Notes: generated by a model not told the origin, from the sequence alone. DNA of 62,795 nucleotides from an uncultured Bdellovibrionales bacterium (GCA_964491155.1 CAZBFG010000002.1:1-62795), one strand, 5' to 3'; shown: positions 10,090 to 20,357, numbered from the stretch's first letter. Made by a program: numbers and translations.

Positions 10090-10377
10090 CTAAAGACCCT
10101 TGAACACCCGAAGCAGAGCGATATTTTGAGCAATAAGAAGCGGGATGCCGAGGATAAAATACCACTTGCGCGTCTTGTGACGAAAAGCAAACATCCCCAA
10201 GAGCACTCCGAGGCTTCCGAAACATGCTGCCAAGAAAAACAACATGCCCTCCGAAACCCGATCGGCCCCACTCTTTCTTGACTGCGCCTTGTCCCACCAC
10301 ATGATGAAAAATGATAGCAGACTCATGAACGCAAACACTGCCCATCCCAGAAACGAAAGTAACTCAGTATCGATCAT
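10090..10377 (-). CDS. DUF1294 membrane protein
   Basis: WWDKAQS..RVSEGMLFFLAACFGSLGVLLGMFAFRHKTRKWYF; start MIDTE (ATG 10377). Confidence 0.7.
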   Translation of the reverse strand: MIDTELLSFLGWAVFAFMSLLSFFIMWWDKAQSRKSGADRVSEGMLFFLAACFGSLGVLLGMFAFRHKTRKWYFILGIPLLIAQNIALLRVFKGL

Positions 10378-10379
10378 AC

Positions 10380-11558
10380 TTATCGGATCATTACCGAACC
10401 AGGCACAGCAGGAGTAGTGATTTGAGCCGTAACCGTCTGACACACTCGCCCGGCACCATGGGCATACCAGATATCAGCTTGTCCGTAGCGGGCAGTCATC
10501 TCAGTCGAATCAGTAGCTGCCAGCGCAAACGTCGCACACAGTTCAAACTCTCCGACCTGTGCCGTACCCTGGAGCTTCTGCGGTGTCACCACCCGATACT
10601 CGTATGCGCTGCCTGTTTCTGGATCCTTCATATAGCTGACACAGTAACTATACTGGCTTAATTGCTTCAAATCACTGAGTGATGCCGGGAGCATACCAAT
10701 ATTCAGAGCGTATTGTTCGATACAGCCAGCCAAAGAACTGAGGTGTCCGGCGCGTGTCTGATCCAGTGTAATGCTCCGCTGGGTGGCAGGTGACCCCCCG
10801 GCAAAAAATCCCAACACAATTCCCAGAGCCACCACCGCGCTCACACCACGACCAAAATTTTGAAAGAGGCTCCGTGAAATATCGACATGGTACTGGATTT
10901 TCCGACGTTCCAAATAGTAGAATCCAAAAATCGCCCCGGCAATGACCAGAATAACCAATGCTTTCAAAAAGAATCGAGTCGTAATCTCGCCCTGAAGCAT
11001 AGCAAAGACGATAGCAATCAAATCACCCACTACTGTCACGGCCGCCACGAGCAAAACGAGATAAGTGAGCCACCTGGACAGTTTCGATTCCATTCGTCCT
11101 TCGTCCTCGCGAAACTTGCGAAACCAAAGGCGCATGGCAAAATAATACAGCGGAAATCCGATGAGGAGCGCAGCGATAGAATAGTGAATCGAGCTGGTCG
11201 CCTGAGTGGCACTGTACCAATTGGCAGCATCGAGAGCATCAGGAAAATAGCGATTGATGATACCAAAAAACAATGTCCCCAGAGCAGTAGCTATGATACC
11301 GAGCAAAATAAACGAAAAGAAATTGATGACCACATCCACGGTCGATGCCTTGCGTGACAATGTCGCCCGATTCCCAGTATTGGGTACCGGTGCCCCAAGA
11401 GCGATAACCGCCTCCCGATAGGCTGATTCCATTTCATCTTCCGTCCAACCGAGTGCCGACAATTCCTCTTTCAATTCTGCCTTGGCAACACCGGAACGAA
11501 TACGCCCCACCACATACTCAGCCAATGATTGTCCGTCCATAAGATTATCTTCAAACAA
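10380..11558 (-). CDS. multi-pass membrane protein, DUF5671-like
   Basis: soluble N-terminus, about six TM helices, Cys-containing C-terminal domain; family name is a recollection, not a search. Confidence 0.5.
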   Translation of the reverse strand: MFEDNLMDGQSLAEYVVGRIRSGVAKAELKEELSALGWTEDEMESAYREAVIALGAPVPNTGNRATLSRKASTVDVVINFFSFILLGIIATALGTLFFGIINRYFPDALDAANWYSATQATSSIHYSIAALLIGFPLYYFAMRLWFRKFREDEGRMESKLSRWLTYLVLLVAAVTVVGDLIAIVFAMLQGEITTRFFLKALVILVIAGAIFGFYYLERRKIQYHVDISRSLFQNFGRGVSAVVALGIVLGFFAGGSPATQRSITLDQTRAGHLSSLAGCIEQYALNIGMLPASLSDLKQLSQYSYCVSYMKDPETGSAYEYRVVTPQKLQGTAQVGEFELCATFALAATDSTEMTARYGQADIWYAHGAGRVCQTVTAQITTPAVPGSVMIR

Positions 11559-11600
11559 TTTATATGCCTCCAGTATACCACTCTTTACTACCGGCTGTTT

Positions 11601-11855
11601 TCATGGCTTTTCCCATGCTTTGATGAGGGATTTTTTGGCAGAACGGGGAAGCGTTTTGATACGCGCTTCCTCGCATGAAGCAAGCGAACGATCACGAAAT
11701 TTCTCTGCATACACCAGTCGCACTGGTCGACGTCCCCGTGTATATTTGGCACCCAGTGCGGACGTATTGTGCTCCATAACACGCCGCTTCACATCGGTCG
11801 TAATGCCGGTATACAGCGTTCCATCAGCGCACTCGAGGATATAGAGTGTGTACAT
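11601..11855 (-). CDS. GIY-YIG nuclease-family small protein (YhbQ/UPF0213-like)
   Basis: MYTLYILECADGTLYTGITTDVKRRVMEHN. Confidence 0.85.
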   Translation of the reverse strand: MYTLYILECADGTLYTGITTDVKRRVMEHNTSALGAKYTRGRRPVRLVYAEKFRDRSLASCEEARIKTLPRSAKKSLIKAWEKP

Positions 11856-11857
11856 AC

Positions 11858-13072
11858 CTACACGACACGGATAGCCTCATCAAGAGTAGTGACACCTCTC
11901 ATAACCAGATCAATAGCATTCTGTCGCAGGGTCGCCATGCCAGTTTTTTCAGCATAGGCCTGCAACTCGCTCATCGATGCCTTGTCGACAATCATGGCAC
12001 GGAGTTCATCATCAAAGATAAGGACTTCGAAAACACCTGTTCGGCCCCGATACCCAGTTCCTCCGCATTCCTGACAGCCGGCTCCTCGATGGTACTTAAC
12101 TGACGCACCCTGGAGTCCCAATAGATTGATATACTCGGCACGTGGCGTCGTATCCGGCGCAGTGCAAGATGGACAAATCTTGCGTACCAAACGCTGAGCG
12201 ATAACTCCACGGAGAGCATAAGCAATCATACCGCGCTCGATATTAAGATCGATCAAACGAGCAACGGCGCCAATAGTAGTGTTGGCATGGAGTGTCGAAT
12301 ACACCATCCGTCCCGTGAGCGATGCCTGCAGCGCATGGTCAGCCGTCTCGGCATCACGAATCTCACCGATCATCATCACATCAGGATCCTGACGCAAGAT
12401 ACTCTTCATGCCCTTGGCAAACGTAAATCCGATTTCTGGTAGTATCTGGCTCTGACGCATATCATCGATAAACACCTCGACCGGGTCTTCGAGCGTCATG
12501 ATATTGCGCTCTTTGCGATTGATCTCCATGAGCATCGAGTAGAGCGTTGTCGTTTTGCCCGATCCGGTTGGTCCGGTCGTCAGGATCATGCCATAGCTTG
12601 CGAGTGTCAACTGACGCACACGCAAACGAATATCTTCATCAAAACCAATTTCATCAAGCGAAATAAGCATGTCGGAACGGTTGAGCAGTCGCAACACCGC
12701 TGTCGGGCCGTTGACCGTCGGAAACATGGAAACACGCACATCGACTGTCCGCTCAGGACCACCGGCATTATCCTGATAACGCACCGCAAAGTGCCCATCC
12801 TCCGGTAAACGCACTGGCCCAATCTCCATATTAGCCAAGACCTTCAAACGATTGATGACATGCTCATGATCGATTTTTGACAGATGTTCATACACCTGCA
12901 AAACGCCATCGACACGAAACCGAACCAAGACTTCTTCCGGCATAGCCTCTATATGAACATCAGAAGTCCCCTGCAGTGCCGCGGCACGCACCATCGGACT
13001 GACCAGATCTGCTCCGGTAGCATCACGCAAAACAATACTATCCTCCAAGACTGCGGGTTCTTCGGCGCTCAT
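11858..13072 (-). CDS. GspE/PilB-family type II/IV secretion ATPase (short, no N-terminal domain)
   Basis: Walker A GPTGSGKTTT, Asp/His boxes, tetracysteine CPSC..CQEC motif. Confidence 0.85.
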   Translation of the reverse strand: MSAEEPAVLEDSIVLRDATGADLVSPMVRAAALQGTSDVHIEAMPEEVLVRFRVDGVLQVYEHLSKIDHEHVINRLKVLANMEIGPVRLPEDGHFAVRYQDNAGGPERTVDVRVSMFPTVNGPTAVLRLLNRSDMLISLDEIGFDEDIRLRVRQLTLASYGMILTTGPTGSGKTTTLYSMLMEINRKERNIMTLEDPVEVFIDDMRQSQILPEIGFTFAKGMKSILRQDPDVMMIGEIRDAETADHALQASLTGRMVYSTLHANTTIGAVARLIDLNIERGMIAYALRGVIAQRLVRKICPSCTAPDTTPRAEYINLLGLQGASVKYHRGAGCQECGGTGYRGRTGVFEVLIFDDELRAMIVDKASMSELQAYAEKTGMATLRQNAIDLVMRGVTTLDEAIRVV

Positions 13073-13111
13073 AGGGAGATGTTACTACATATTTAGTACC
13101 TACAGTATATC

Positions 13112-13882
13112 ATGTCAAAAACCTTCTGGTTTGTTCTTGTAACAAAAAACGATGTATACTGGAGAAAACAAATATTTTCTCCTGAATCTATGGCTCTCCC
13201 GGTCTCAATCTCACCTACCGCACTCTGGTGGCGAAATTCTCTGTATGTTGCCCTGGGAGCCAGTCTCTTCTACACCTGGTATGTCATCACGGCGGACGGA
13301 TATTTCAACCTGGTCTCTTTTGCCAAAGTCATGGCTGGCGCCGCCAACTTTCTCTTCGCTGCCTCATTTTCACTATCAAGCCTCGGCTACTATTTCAATT
13401 TTCTCGATACCAAAGTCATCTACCGTAAATACCTCGGACTCCTAGGATTCTTTGCGGCACTCATCTACACTCTGCTCCTGCCAATAGTACGCCCCGATTA
13501 CTACTTCTATGGATTTTTCGATCACCTCTGGTCGAGCGATGTCCTCCTCGGAACAGGTGCCATGGCTATTTTCACCATAATGGCACTCATATCAAACAAT
13601 GGCGCCATGCAAACAATAGGGCCAGTACGCTGGCGACAGCTTCTGCGGCTAGGCTATGTAGCCTTTTTTCTCCTCGTCATTCGCGCCGTACTCAATAACG
13701 AAAATCCTATCGGGGCCGATGCCCGACCGGAAATGTGGCAAGTATACCTCAATAACCCCGAGGGACTCCCGCCCGTTCGCCTGGTCTTTTCTATCATCGC
13801 TATGGCTGTTATCTTTTTCCGTTTGTCTGTTGAATTCGACAAATGGTGGGGACGGAAACATCCCAAGCCATCACTACCCTAA
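13112..13882 (+). CDS. integral membrane protein, function unknown
   Basis: six hydrophobic segments; alternative ATG at 13190. Confidence 0.6.
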   Translation: MSKTFWFVLVTKNDVYWRKQIFSPESMALPVSISPTALWWRNSLYVALGASLFYTWYVITADGYFNLVSFAKVMAGAANFLFAASFSLSSLGYYFNFLDTKVIYRKYLGLLGFFAALIYTLLLPIVRPDYYFYGFFDHLWSSDVLLGTGAMAIFTIMALISNNGAMQTIGPVRWRQLLRLGYVAFFLLVIRAVLNNENPIGADARPEMWQVYLNNPEGLPPVRLVFSIIAMAVIFFRLSVEFDKWWGRKHPKPSLP

Positions 13883-13946
13883 ACTTCGTAACAAAAAACA
13901 GAGGTCATATGATCTCTGTTTTTTAAGCTTTGTACGTTTTCGCAGA

Positions 13947-14159
13947 CTAAGGAGTCTTGGCATCCGTTCCTGTATCAAGTTTGCAAGTAGAAAAACCGAT
14001 GAGTGAGTACAGAGCGCAGCGCCCCAGGACACCCGTCAAAAAAACCACCACTCCGACTGCCACGAGCCACCACATCATCGATGTGTATCCGTACCACGCG
14101 AGCCCTAGTCCCAGCACGATACGAATCCCCTTGTCGATACCTCCAACATTTTGCTTCAT
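13947..14159 (-). CDS. DUF2892 (YgaP C-terminal-like) small membrane protein
   Basis: NVGGIDKGIRIVLGLGL..two TM helices..C at C-terminus. Confidence 0.7.
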   Translation of the reverse strand: MKQNVGGIDKGIRIVLGLGLAWYGYTSMMWWLVAVGVVVFLTGVLGRCALYSLIGFSTCKLDTGTDAKTP

Positions 14160-14228
14160 ACAAAAAGTGTTACGATTTATACCGCCAGTATACCACTTTT
14201 TATCACCAGCACTCGCCTACTCTATGAC

Positions 14229-14624
14229 TCAACGGTTGAGATACGTAATGGTCAACTGTAACACCGTGGCAAAAGATACCCAGAGAAGATATGGGATCTG
14301 AGCATACGCGAGGATACGAGCATGTGGAAAAATAGCTATCATCGCCCAAATGATAGTTCCCAGTACCAGGAGAATATCGATTGACGCCAAATAGTTATTT
14401 TTCAAACCAAACTGAATCCACGTAAAGGAAAAGTTGAAAACGAGATTGAGAATAAACGGGAGCGCCACCAAAAATGATACTTGTCCCTGCCAAGCTAAAA
14501 AGAACACGCGGCCAAACGTCAGCGCGATGATGACATACAGGACAGACCACACGGGACCAAAGAGCCACCCTGGTGGCGACCACGTCGGCTTAATTAAAGC
14601 GGCGTATTCAACAAAGTTATTCAT
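14229..14624 (-). CDS. TspO/MBR-family tryptophan-rich sensory protein (short)
   Basis: WSPPGWLFGPVWSVLYVIIA and further Trp-rich TM helices. Confidence 0.75.
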   Translation of the reverse strand: MNNFVEYAALIKPTWSPPGWLFGPVWSVLYVIIALTFGRVFFLAWQGQVSFLVALPFILNLVFNFSFTWIQFGLKNNYLASIDILLVLGTIIWAMIAIFPHARILAYAQIPYLLWVSFATVLQLTITYLNR

Positions 14625-14661
14625 ACTGGTGGAGTGTTACCTAATCCCAGTATAGCACTGA

Positions 14662-14695
14662 AAAGAAAAAAGCCGGCGGGGATTTCCCTCCGGCT
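14662..14695 (-). terminator. intrinsic terminator (minus strand)
   Basis: AGCCGG..CCGGCT stem preceded on the plus strand by an A-run, i.e. a T-run on the minus strand. Confidence 0.6.
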
Positions 14696-14760
14696 TCGAG
14701 CTAACGATCACACGAGAGTGACCAAAATTGACCCTGGGCAACGCTGCCTAAACAGCAGGC

Positions 14761-15045
14761 TCAATCATGTTCTGCTCCCTTCTGCATTTTTGGAAGCGAC
14801 TTGAGCAGCTCAGCCAGGGCCAAGCGCGCTTGCCGCGCCGCCACCTCGAGGGTAACGAGCGCTTCGTGCGAAAATGCGCCGATGACACGGCCGGAACCGG
14901 GTCGGTACAGCACCGCGATACTGCCACGGGAATTACCCCGAGCAAACACCACGGCCTTCATCGGAAACTTGGTGCTGACCCCATCGGCTGTTTCTCCTTG
15001 GCAACGGAGTTTCTGACGCCGCTGAGCATTCTTCGAATAACCCAT
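14761..15045 (-). CDS. hypothetical protein (94 aa), GC-rich cassette
   Basis: ATG 15045 preceded by GAGGTG 6 nt upstream; own terminator downstream. Confidence 0.5.
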   Translation of the reverse strand: MGYSKNAQRRQKLRCQGETADGVSTKFPMKAVVFARGNSRGSIAVLYRPGSGRVIGAFSHEALVTLEVAARQARLALAELLKSLPKMQKGAEHD

Positions 15046-15153
15046 GTTGCACACCTCGTTGAGGTACGCCCAGGCCCGGGATGGGCCTGCTAGCGAAATC
15101 GACCCGGTTCGGAGTCGACTCAACAGCATGCTCTATTTTAGTGATTCCGTCAA

Positions 15154-15531
15154 CTAGAAATCAACCATCACTTCAAAACCGCCATATGCCATGCGCTTCA
15201 TATCAAACGGCATCGGTTTGTCTTTCCAGTTTTCCTCAGACATGAGCGGGTCGTTCATCACTTTGGCATTGACCTGATCGCGATGCTTGCGTGATTTGAA
15301 AACGATAAAAGAAAATATAATAACTTCTCCTTTCTTGAGATTGGTCATTTTAGGAAAGAGTGGTACAAAATCACCCATACCCTTGGGTCGAATGTCTTCG
15401 CTCACACACTCTTTATAGTCGAGCGCTCCATGCCTCTTCCATACCTTGGCACCTATGGTGGCCATCTTCTTATACTCCTTCAATTTTTTCTCCGAAACCA
15501 CGAGCACAAACCCATCAACATACTTTGCCAT
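15154..15531 (-). CDS. DUF1428 protein
   Basis: MAKYVDGFVLVV..KLKEYKKMA..VWKRHGALDY. Confidence 0.75.
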   Translation of the reverse strand: MAKYVDGFVLVVSEKKLKEYKKMATIGAKVWKRHGALDYKECVSEDIRPKGMGDFVPLFPKMTNLKKGEVIIFSFIVFKSRKHRDQVNAKVMNDPLMSEENWKDKPMPFDMKRMAYGGFEVMVDF

Positions 15532-15542
15532 AAGACATGATA

Positions 15543-16487
15543 TTAATTATGATTTTTTTCATTATACACCAACTGGAGTTTCGCTATATCAAATTTTTTC
15601 ATTTGCAAAAAGGCCTGAGTTACTTTGGCTATTTGCTCCGGACTCCCCTCTCCCATCATCACATCCATAGCGGTCGGCACAATCTGCCATGACACACCAT
15701 ACTTGTCTTTGAGCCACCCACACTGTTCTGCCTCCGGTACTGCCGAGAGTTCCTCCCAGTAGTAATCAGTTTCTTCTTGTGTATCACAACGGACAACGAA
15801 CGAGACAGCCTCATTGAAAGCAAAATCGTGCCTGTGAGCACTATCCATCGCCACCAGCCATCGATCATCCAACTTGAAATCAGTGAACATGACGGCATTC
15901 TCCGTATCTGGTTCTCTGCCAGCACCGTACCGAGCGAGCGTACCACGCTTTGTTTCATCCTGAGCCTGGTTGAAGGGACTCTTTTTGAATACCGAGATAT
16001 AAAAATCTGACGCTTCCTCCGCTTTGCCATAGACATCCCCGACAAAAAGGAGCGACGGAATAATAAGCGGTCGTTCTTCGCCCTCAGGCTTGGTCAAGAT
16101 GAGCTGCCACGAGACACCATATTTGTCCTCGATCCACCCATAGCGTTCACTGAACGGGTAGGTATCGAGTGGCATAAGCACCTTGCCACCCTCGGCGAGC
16201 GCCGCCCAAACCGTATCGATGCGCGACTTGGCATCTTTATCCTGCGATGGATCAAAATTGACCATGAAAGAAATAGACGGATTGAGCTTAAAGTATGGAC
16301 CGGCGCTAATAGCCTGAAAGTCACAGTCTAAGAGACGAAACGTCACCAGATCCACCGAGCCTGAAGGTGTTCCCTCGAGGGTATTGACGTGTTCTACCCG
16401 AGAACCCCGACCAAACGTTTCTACATAAAACTGGGCCGCCTCCTTGGCTTGTGTATCAAACCACAGATGCGAAATAATTTTCTGCAT
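15543..16487 (-). CDS. tandem PhnB-like / 3-demethylubiquinone-9 3-methyltransferase-domain (VOC fold) protein
   Basis: two repeats of the LWFD..A.EA..FY motif and DKYGVSWQ(I/L) motif. Confidence 0.75.
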   Translation of the reverse strand: MQKIISHLWFDTQAKEAAQFYVETFGRGSRVEHVNTLEGTPSGSVDLVTFRLLDCDFQAISAGPYFKLNPSISFMVNFDPSQDKDAKSRIDTVWAALAEGGKVLMPLDTYPFSERYGWIEDKYGVSWQLILTKPEGEERPLIIPSLLFVGDVYGKAEEASDFYISVFKKSPFNQAQDETKRGTLARYGAGREPDTENAVMFTDFKLDDRWLVAMDSAHRHDFAFNEAVSFVVRCDTQEETDYYWEELSAVPEAEQCGWLKDKYGVSWQIVPTAMDVMMGEGSPEQIAKVTQAFLQMKKFDIAKLQLVYNEKNHN

Positions 16488-16518
16488 ACACTGTAGGTAT
16501 TAAAAAAATAATAAATAC

Positions 16519-17622
16519 TTACTTTCCAAGGTGGGTACGGAAAAATGTCGTGGATTGCGTCATGAAATCATTCCACTTCGGACCAAACTCGTGAGCCTCC
16601 CCTTCATAAACGACATACTGAAGACTCTTGCCATGCTCTTCAAAGAGCTTGGCAGTCTTGTCGGACCAGGCCTTGGGCACACTATCGTCTCGTGTCCCCT
16701 GAAACAATATCGCTGGCACCGACCACCGATCGATATAGGTCTGGGGCGATATGGCCGACCACACCGGATTGTTTCCGGTTGGCTCACCGTAGCGCTCTAC
16801 GACACGTGCCGCCCGAACCCTATCGTCCTTCATATACTTGTCATACGAATCCCGATAATCCATCGATACTGGTGCATAGAGCGCCACCGCCTTGACCAGG
16901 TTCGGTACTGCTACCGCTATCGTCTGAGCGATGCCACCCCCCATCGAATGTCCGAGCATCCCGATATTCTCTTTGTCAAAATACGGTAGCTCCGAAGCGC
17001 GTACCGCATAAACAGCGTTGATGACATCCTCAACATATCCTACACGATTCTCGAGTTCGCCTAGATCGATGCGACTAGACTCGGCGTGATTGCGATAATC
17101 AGAATGGAGCACAACAAATCCCTGACGCGCCAGATAGTCCTGCTCTCGACGCAAGCCCCGACCGTTGGTATAAATAGCCGGGTCGATGTACCCATGATTC
17201 AGAATAAGGACTGGAAACGGCCCCGTCCCTACTGGCACGTTCATGATACCAGAGATGGTGAGCTCGCCACTACGATAGGTAATAGCATACCGGGTGTACG
17301 CATCATAACGTTCCAGTACCTTGCCGAGGGTCAGATCACGACCATCAAATGTTTGTTGAAAAAATTGCTCGATGGATGGTTTGGTGATTTCTTTGATCGG
17401 TGGCGCGAGATTCTCGATAACTGCCAGACTCGAGCATGGCGCAAACTCACAGTTCGGACCACTACGTCCGACAGCAGAACCATCCGGACAAATCCGTGCA
17501 TCCATACTACAACCCACCTCCGTGGCCGGCGCTTTCTCTTCTTTTTTTCCATCCCAAACGGTCGCCAGCACTCCTAGTGCCACTATCCCAATACCCAAAA
17601 AAATTACTTTTCCGTATTTCAT
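16519..17622 (-). CDS. secreted alpha/beta hydrolase (S9 prolyl-oligopeptidase-like)
   Basis: signal/anchor helix, nucleophile elbow GHSMGG, downstream D and H. Confidence 0.75.
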   Translation of the reverse strand: MKYGKVIFLGIGIVALGVLATVWDGKKEEKAPATEVGCSMDARICPDGSAVGRSGPNCEFAPCSSLAVIENLAPPIKEITKPSIEQFFQQTFDGRDLTLGKVLERYDAYTRYAITYRSGELTISGIMNVPVGTGPFPVLILNHGYIDPAIYTNGRGLRREQDYLARQGFVVLHSDYRNHAESSRIDLGELENRVGYVEDVINAVYAVRASELPYFDKENIGMLGHSMGGGIAQTIAVAVPNLVKAVALYAPVSMDYRDSYDKYMKDDRVRAARVVERYGEPTGNNPVWSAISPQTYIDRWSVPAILFQGTRDDSVPKAWSDKTAKLFEEHGKSLQYVVYEGEAHEFGPKWNDFMTQSTTFFRTHLGK

Positions 17623-17690
17623 ATGTTAACAGTGGGGGCTGAAAAGACTAGCCGTAGTATAACATTTCCAAAAATACTTCTCTACTCCTG

Positions 17691-18377
17691 TTACTGACAC
17701 ACAAAAAGACAGGGGTCCAACCATCGGGAGAGGTCACTCCGAAGAGAAACATAGCCCAAGATATTGGGCGCGGCACCACGATGAATACTCAAGTGGAGGT
17801 GCTTGCGTTCGCCATCGGTTTCACTACTGTTCCCGGTACCAAGCACTCCGATCTGATCGCCAGATTCCACGCGCTCTCCCACTACTCTCGCGATACTGGT
17901 TAACCGCAGATGTCCATAGGTTACTGTCACTTCTTGACCATCGAGAGTACAACTTGTCACGAGGACTCCGCCGTATCCACTGGCTCTTCGCTTTGCCAAC
18001 ACTTCGCCACTGCAGATTGCCCGCACTGGCACATCCGTCATCGCCTCAGAAGCAAATGTTTCAAAATCAACCCCTGTATGATAACCAGAGAAACGCTCGG
18101 GCTGCACCGGCGATGTCGCCTGATCAATCCGGATACCAAATGGCTTTTTGGTCACCCGCTCTTTTGCTTGGTCGAGCGGTACTCCGATACTCGGCGTTTC
18201 TGGTACATCTTCCTCTTGTATCATTTCCTCTTTCTGAACACTTTTTTCTTCTGGAGCATCTGCTTCCAAAACAACGATATCATTCTCTTTATCATCCAAA
18301 TTGAAATATACAAACCCCACCATGACAAAAGCCAACCCTACCAACACACTCAAAAAAGTTTTAGAAAAATGTATCAT
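17691..18377 (-). CDS. M23-family metallopeptidase
   Basis: HTGVDF..HLHLSI motifs; N-terminal anchor; start at MIHFSK (ATG 18377) avoids overlap with the next gene. Confidence 0.8.
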   Translation of the reverse strand: MIHFSKTFLSVLVGLAFVMVGFVYFNLDDKENDIVVLEADAPEEKSVQKEEMIQEEDVPETPSIGVPLDQAKERVTKKPFGIRIDQATSPVQPERFSGYHTGVDFETFASEAMTDVPVRAICSGEVLAKRRASGYGGVLVTSCTLDGQEVTVTYGHLRLTSIARVVGERVESGDQIGVLGTGNSSETDGERKHLHLSIHRGAAPNILGYVSLRSDLSRWLDPCLFVCQ

Positions 18378-18485
18378 AAAACATACGTACCAGTAGTATA
18401 CCATCTCGTCCAAGGACCAAAGCACTGACAAAACTCTCCCGAAAAGGGTAGATTGTTGACACCTACCACCACAGAGGAGATTGCG

Positions 18486-18689
18486 ATGACTGACCAAGTT
18501 TGCCCGCGCTGCAAAGGCGACGGGGAAGTTCCTCTCTCAGCAAGTTTTGCCGGTGGAAAGAGCAAAATGTGCGGCGAATGCAAAGGCACCGGCAAGGTCT
18601 CGTCGAAACCCACCGCGCCGCCCACTCCGGTCGACACCGTCGAGGAGGCGTTCCTGCGTAAACGAGGCGCAGGATTCAACGGCTACTGA
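18486..18689 (+). CDS. small DnaJ-type zinc-finger-like protein
   Basis: two CxxCxGxG repeats (CPRCKGDG, CGECKGTG); hairpin plus T-run follows. Confidence 0.55.
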   Translation: MTDQVCPRCKGDGEVPLSASFAGGKSKMCGECKGTGKVSSKPTAPPTPVDTVEEAFLRKRGAGFNGY

Positions 18690-18841
18690 CTCACGCTGAA
18701 ACGTAACGCCGCCACCCACAGCGATTCACATATCGCTAGCCCAGGACATCGTCCGGGCTTTTTTCTTTACTTCAAAAAAACCATAAAAAAAAGCTGCTGG
18801 TCGTAGCCAGACAGCGATAGATGCAGAGTCTGCATCCTGAT

Positions 18842-19351
18842 TTACGTAAGCCGAGCTCGAAAGCGCTGAAAAGCCATCCATTCATTCTCGGCCTTTCCAC
18901 GAGCACCATTCAATACTCGCTCGAGCGCTTCAAATCCGCATGCCACCTCGTTGTAGAAACGACCCCGTTCAAATGTCGATCCGGACTCCAAGTAGGCCGC
19001 CAGACTTCCATAGAACGATTGCCCCATCATGCGGAAATAGGCAGAGCTCACATTGAGGCGGAGCGCCCGTTCCGGAAACAAGCCGGCCAAAATGAGACTG
19101 GCATCGCCGGAACGGCGTAGTATAGCCACGAGGCTCGCACCAGTCTTGTGGCTCGATTCCAGAAAATTGAGTGCCAACACCTGATGCACAATTGCCGGAT
19201 CACTCAAATGTTCGACCAAACAACTCACCAGAAAGTTCCGCAAACTGATGGGTAGCGTAGTGTGTGATCGCGCTTCACCCACCGCAACCAAATCAGAAAA
19301 GAGCGCCGTTTCCCCAGAAACGAAGTTTCTTTCTTGGGCAGGAAGCAACAT
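18842..19351 (-). CDS. hypothetical protein (169 aa)
   Basis: long helical ORF, no motif recognised. Confidence 0.5.
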   Translation of the reverse strand: MLLPAQERNFVSGETALFSDLVAVGEARSHTTLPISLRNFLVSCLVEHLSDPAIVHQVLALNFLESSHKTGASLVAILRRSGDASLILAGLFPERALRLNVSSAYFRMMGQSFYGSLAAYLESGSTFERGRFYNEVACGFEALERVLNGARGKAENEWMAFQRFRARLT

Positions 19352-19454
19352 GCCGTTCTCCTTGATTTTGGTTCAGGGACACGAGGCCATCATGGAACGC
19401 TTCCGTTCCTTTGTCAAATACTTACAACCTAAGTTCATTCGCTCTGTTCGATAA

Positions 19455-19901
19455 TCAGAAGCGAATGGGAATCCGCACTTCGGCATCATTTTCCGGCAAG
19501 CCAGAAGGATTGTCTTTGTGGAGAACCAAGAATCCGGTCGCTGTACTAGGGATATTAAAACTGGCCGTCGTCTGAAACGGCACGAACTCGGTAGTCATCC
19601 ATTCCCCTTGTGCCTGAGCCGCACCGGTTCCGAGCACCTGGTCGTTCGCGTCACGCACCGTCACAGGAAAACTGGCTTCAAAATACCACGTGCCCCGTGC
19701 TTCACCAGTCACCATGAGCGGACTCATCACGACACTCCCTGGTAGCGGCGTTGTCACGCGGACAGTGTCATTCTGAAAAGGAGCATTAGGACGTGGTTGG
19801 TCATCATTCTTCCGTCCGATATCGCTACCACTTCGTTCAAAAACCATCACGAGCGCTGTCGTCACCACGAACCCTATGATTACTGCAAAAAATATTTTCA
19901 T
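19455..19901 (-). CDS. Gmad2 immunoglobulin-like domain protein, membrane anchored
   Basis: N-terminal TM; VMSPLMVTGEARGTWYFEASFPVTVRDAN..FLVLHKDNPSGLPE. Confidence 0.7.
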   Translation of the reverse strand: MKIFFAVIIGFVVTTALVMVFERSGSDIGRKNDDQPRPNAPFQNDTVRVTTPLPGSVVMSPLMVTGEARGTWYFEASFPVTVRDANDQVLGTGAAQAQGEWMTTEFVPFQTTASFNIPSTATGFLVLHKDNPSGLPENDAEVRIPIRF

Positions 19902-19921
19902 ACTCGTGTGTTCAGATATCT

Positions 19922-20344
19922 TTAGTATACACCCGGGATGAGACGCTTGGTTTTCTTGGCGTAAGCCTCATACTCCGGAAACTTTTCCCGCAATGCTGAT
20001 TCTTCATACTGGAGCTTGGCCAAGAGGTCGGCCAAGAGCATTCCCCAAACAATGAGCGAGACACCATCGGTCCGGTGCTGAACCCAGGCAAGCGTAATAA
20101 GGAGAACTGCCGTGTACATTGGGTGACGCATGAGCCGATAGGGGCCAGCGATCATGAGCGCCTGTCCTGCTCTCACTTCCGGAAGAATGTTCACCCGAAA
20201 ATGCATCGTTACCACGGCCCACAGCCCGAGCAGTATACCAACGGCGAGTACCGCATTGGAAAGCCAGTCGCCAAACACTCCCCCATACCAGGCGAGAAAA
20301 GCAATGAGCGTAAATTGCACCCCCACGAGAAAATATGATTTCAT
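19922..20344 (-). CDS. isoprenylcysteine carboxyl / phospholipid methyltransferase-family membrane protein
   Basis: GPYRLMRHPMYTAVLL motif. Confidence 0.75.
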   Translation of the reverse strand: MKSYFLVGVQFTLIAFLAWYGGVFGDWLSNAVLAVGILLGLWAVVTMHFRVNILPEVRAGQALMIAGPYRLMRHPMYTAVLLITLAWVQHRTDGVSLIVWGMLLADLLAKLQYEESALREKFPEYEAYAKKTKRLIPGVY

Positions 20345-20357
20345 ATACCGGTCTCTT

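Noticed and set aside
14767-15093. 108-aa plus-strand ORF
   Set aside because: It is antisense to the 14761-15045 gene, which has an SD and a correctly oriented terminator.
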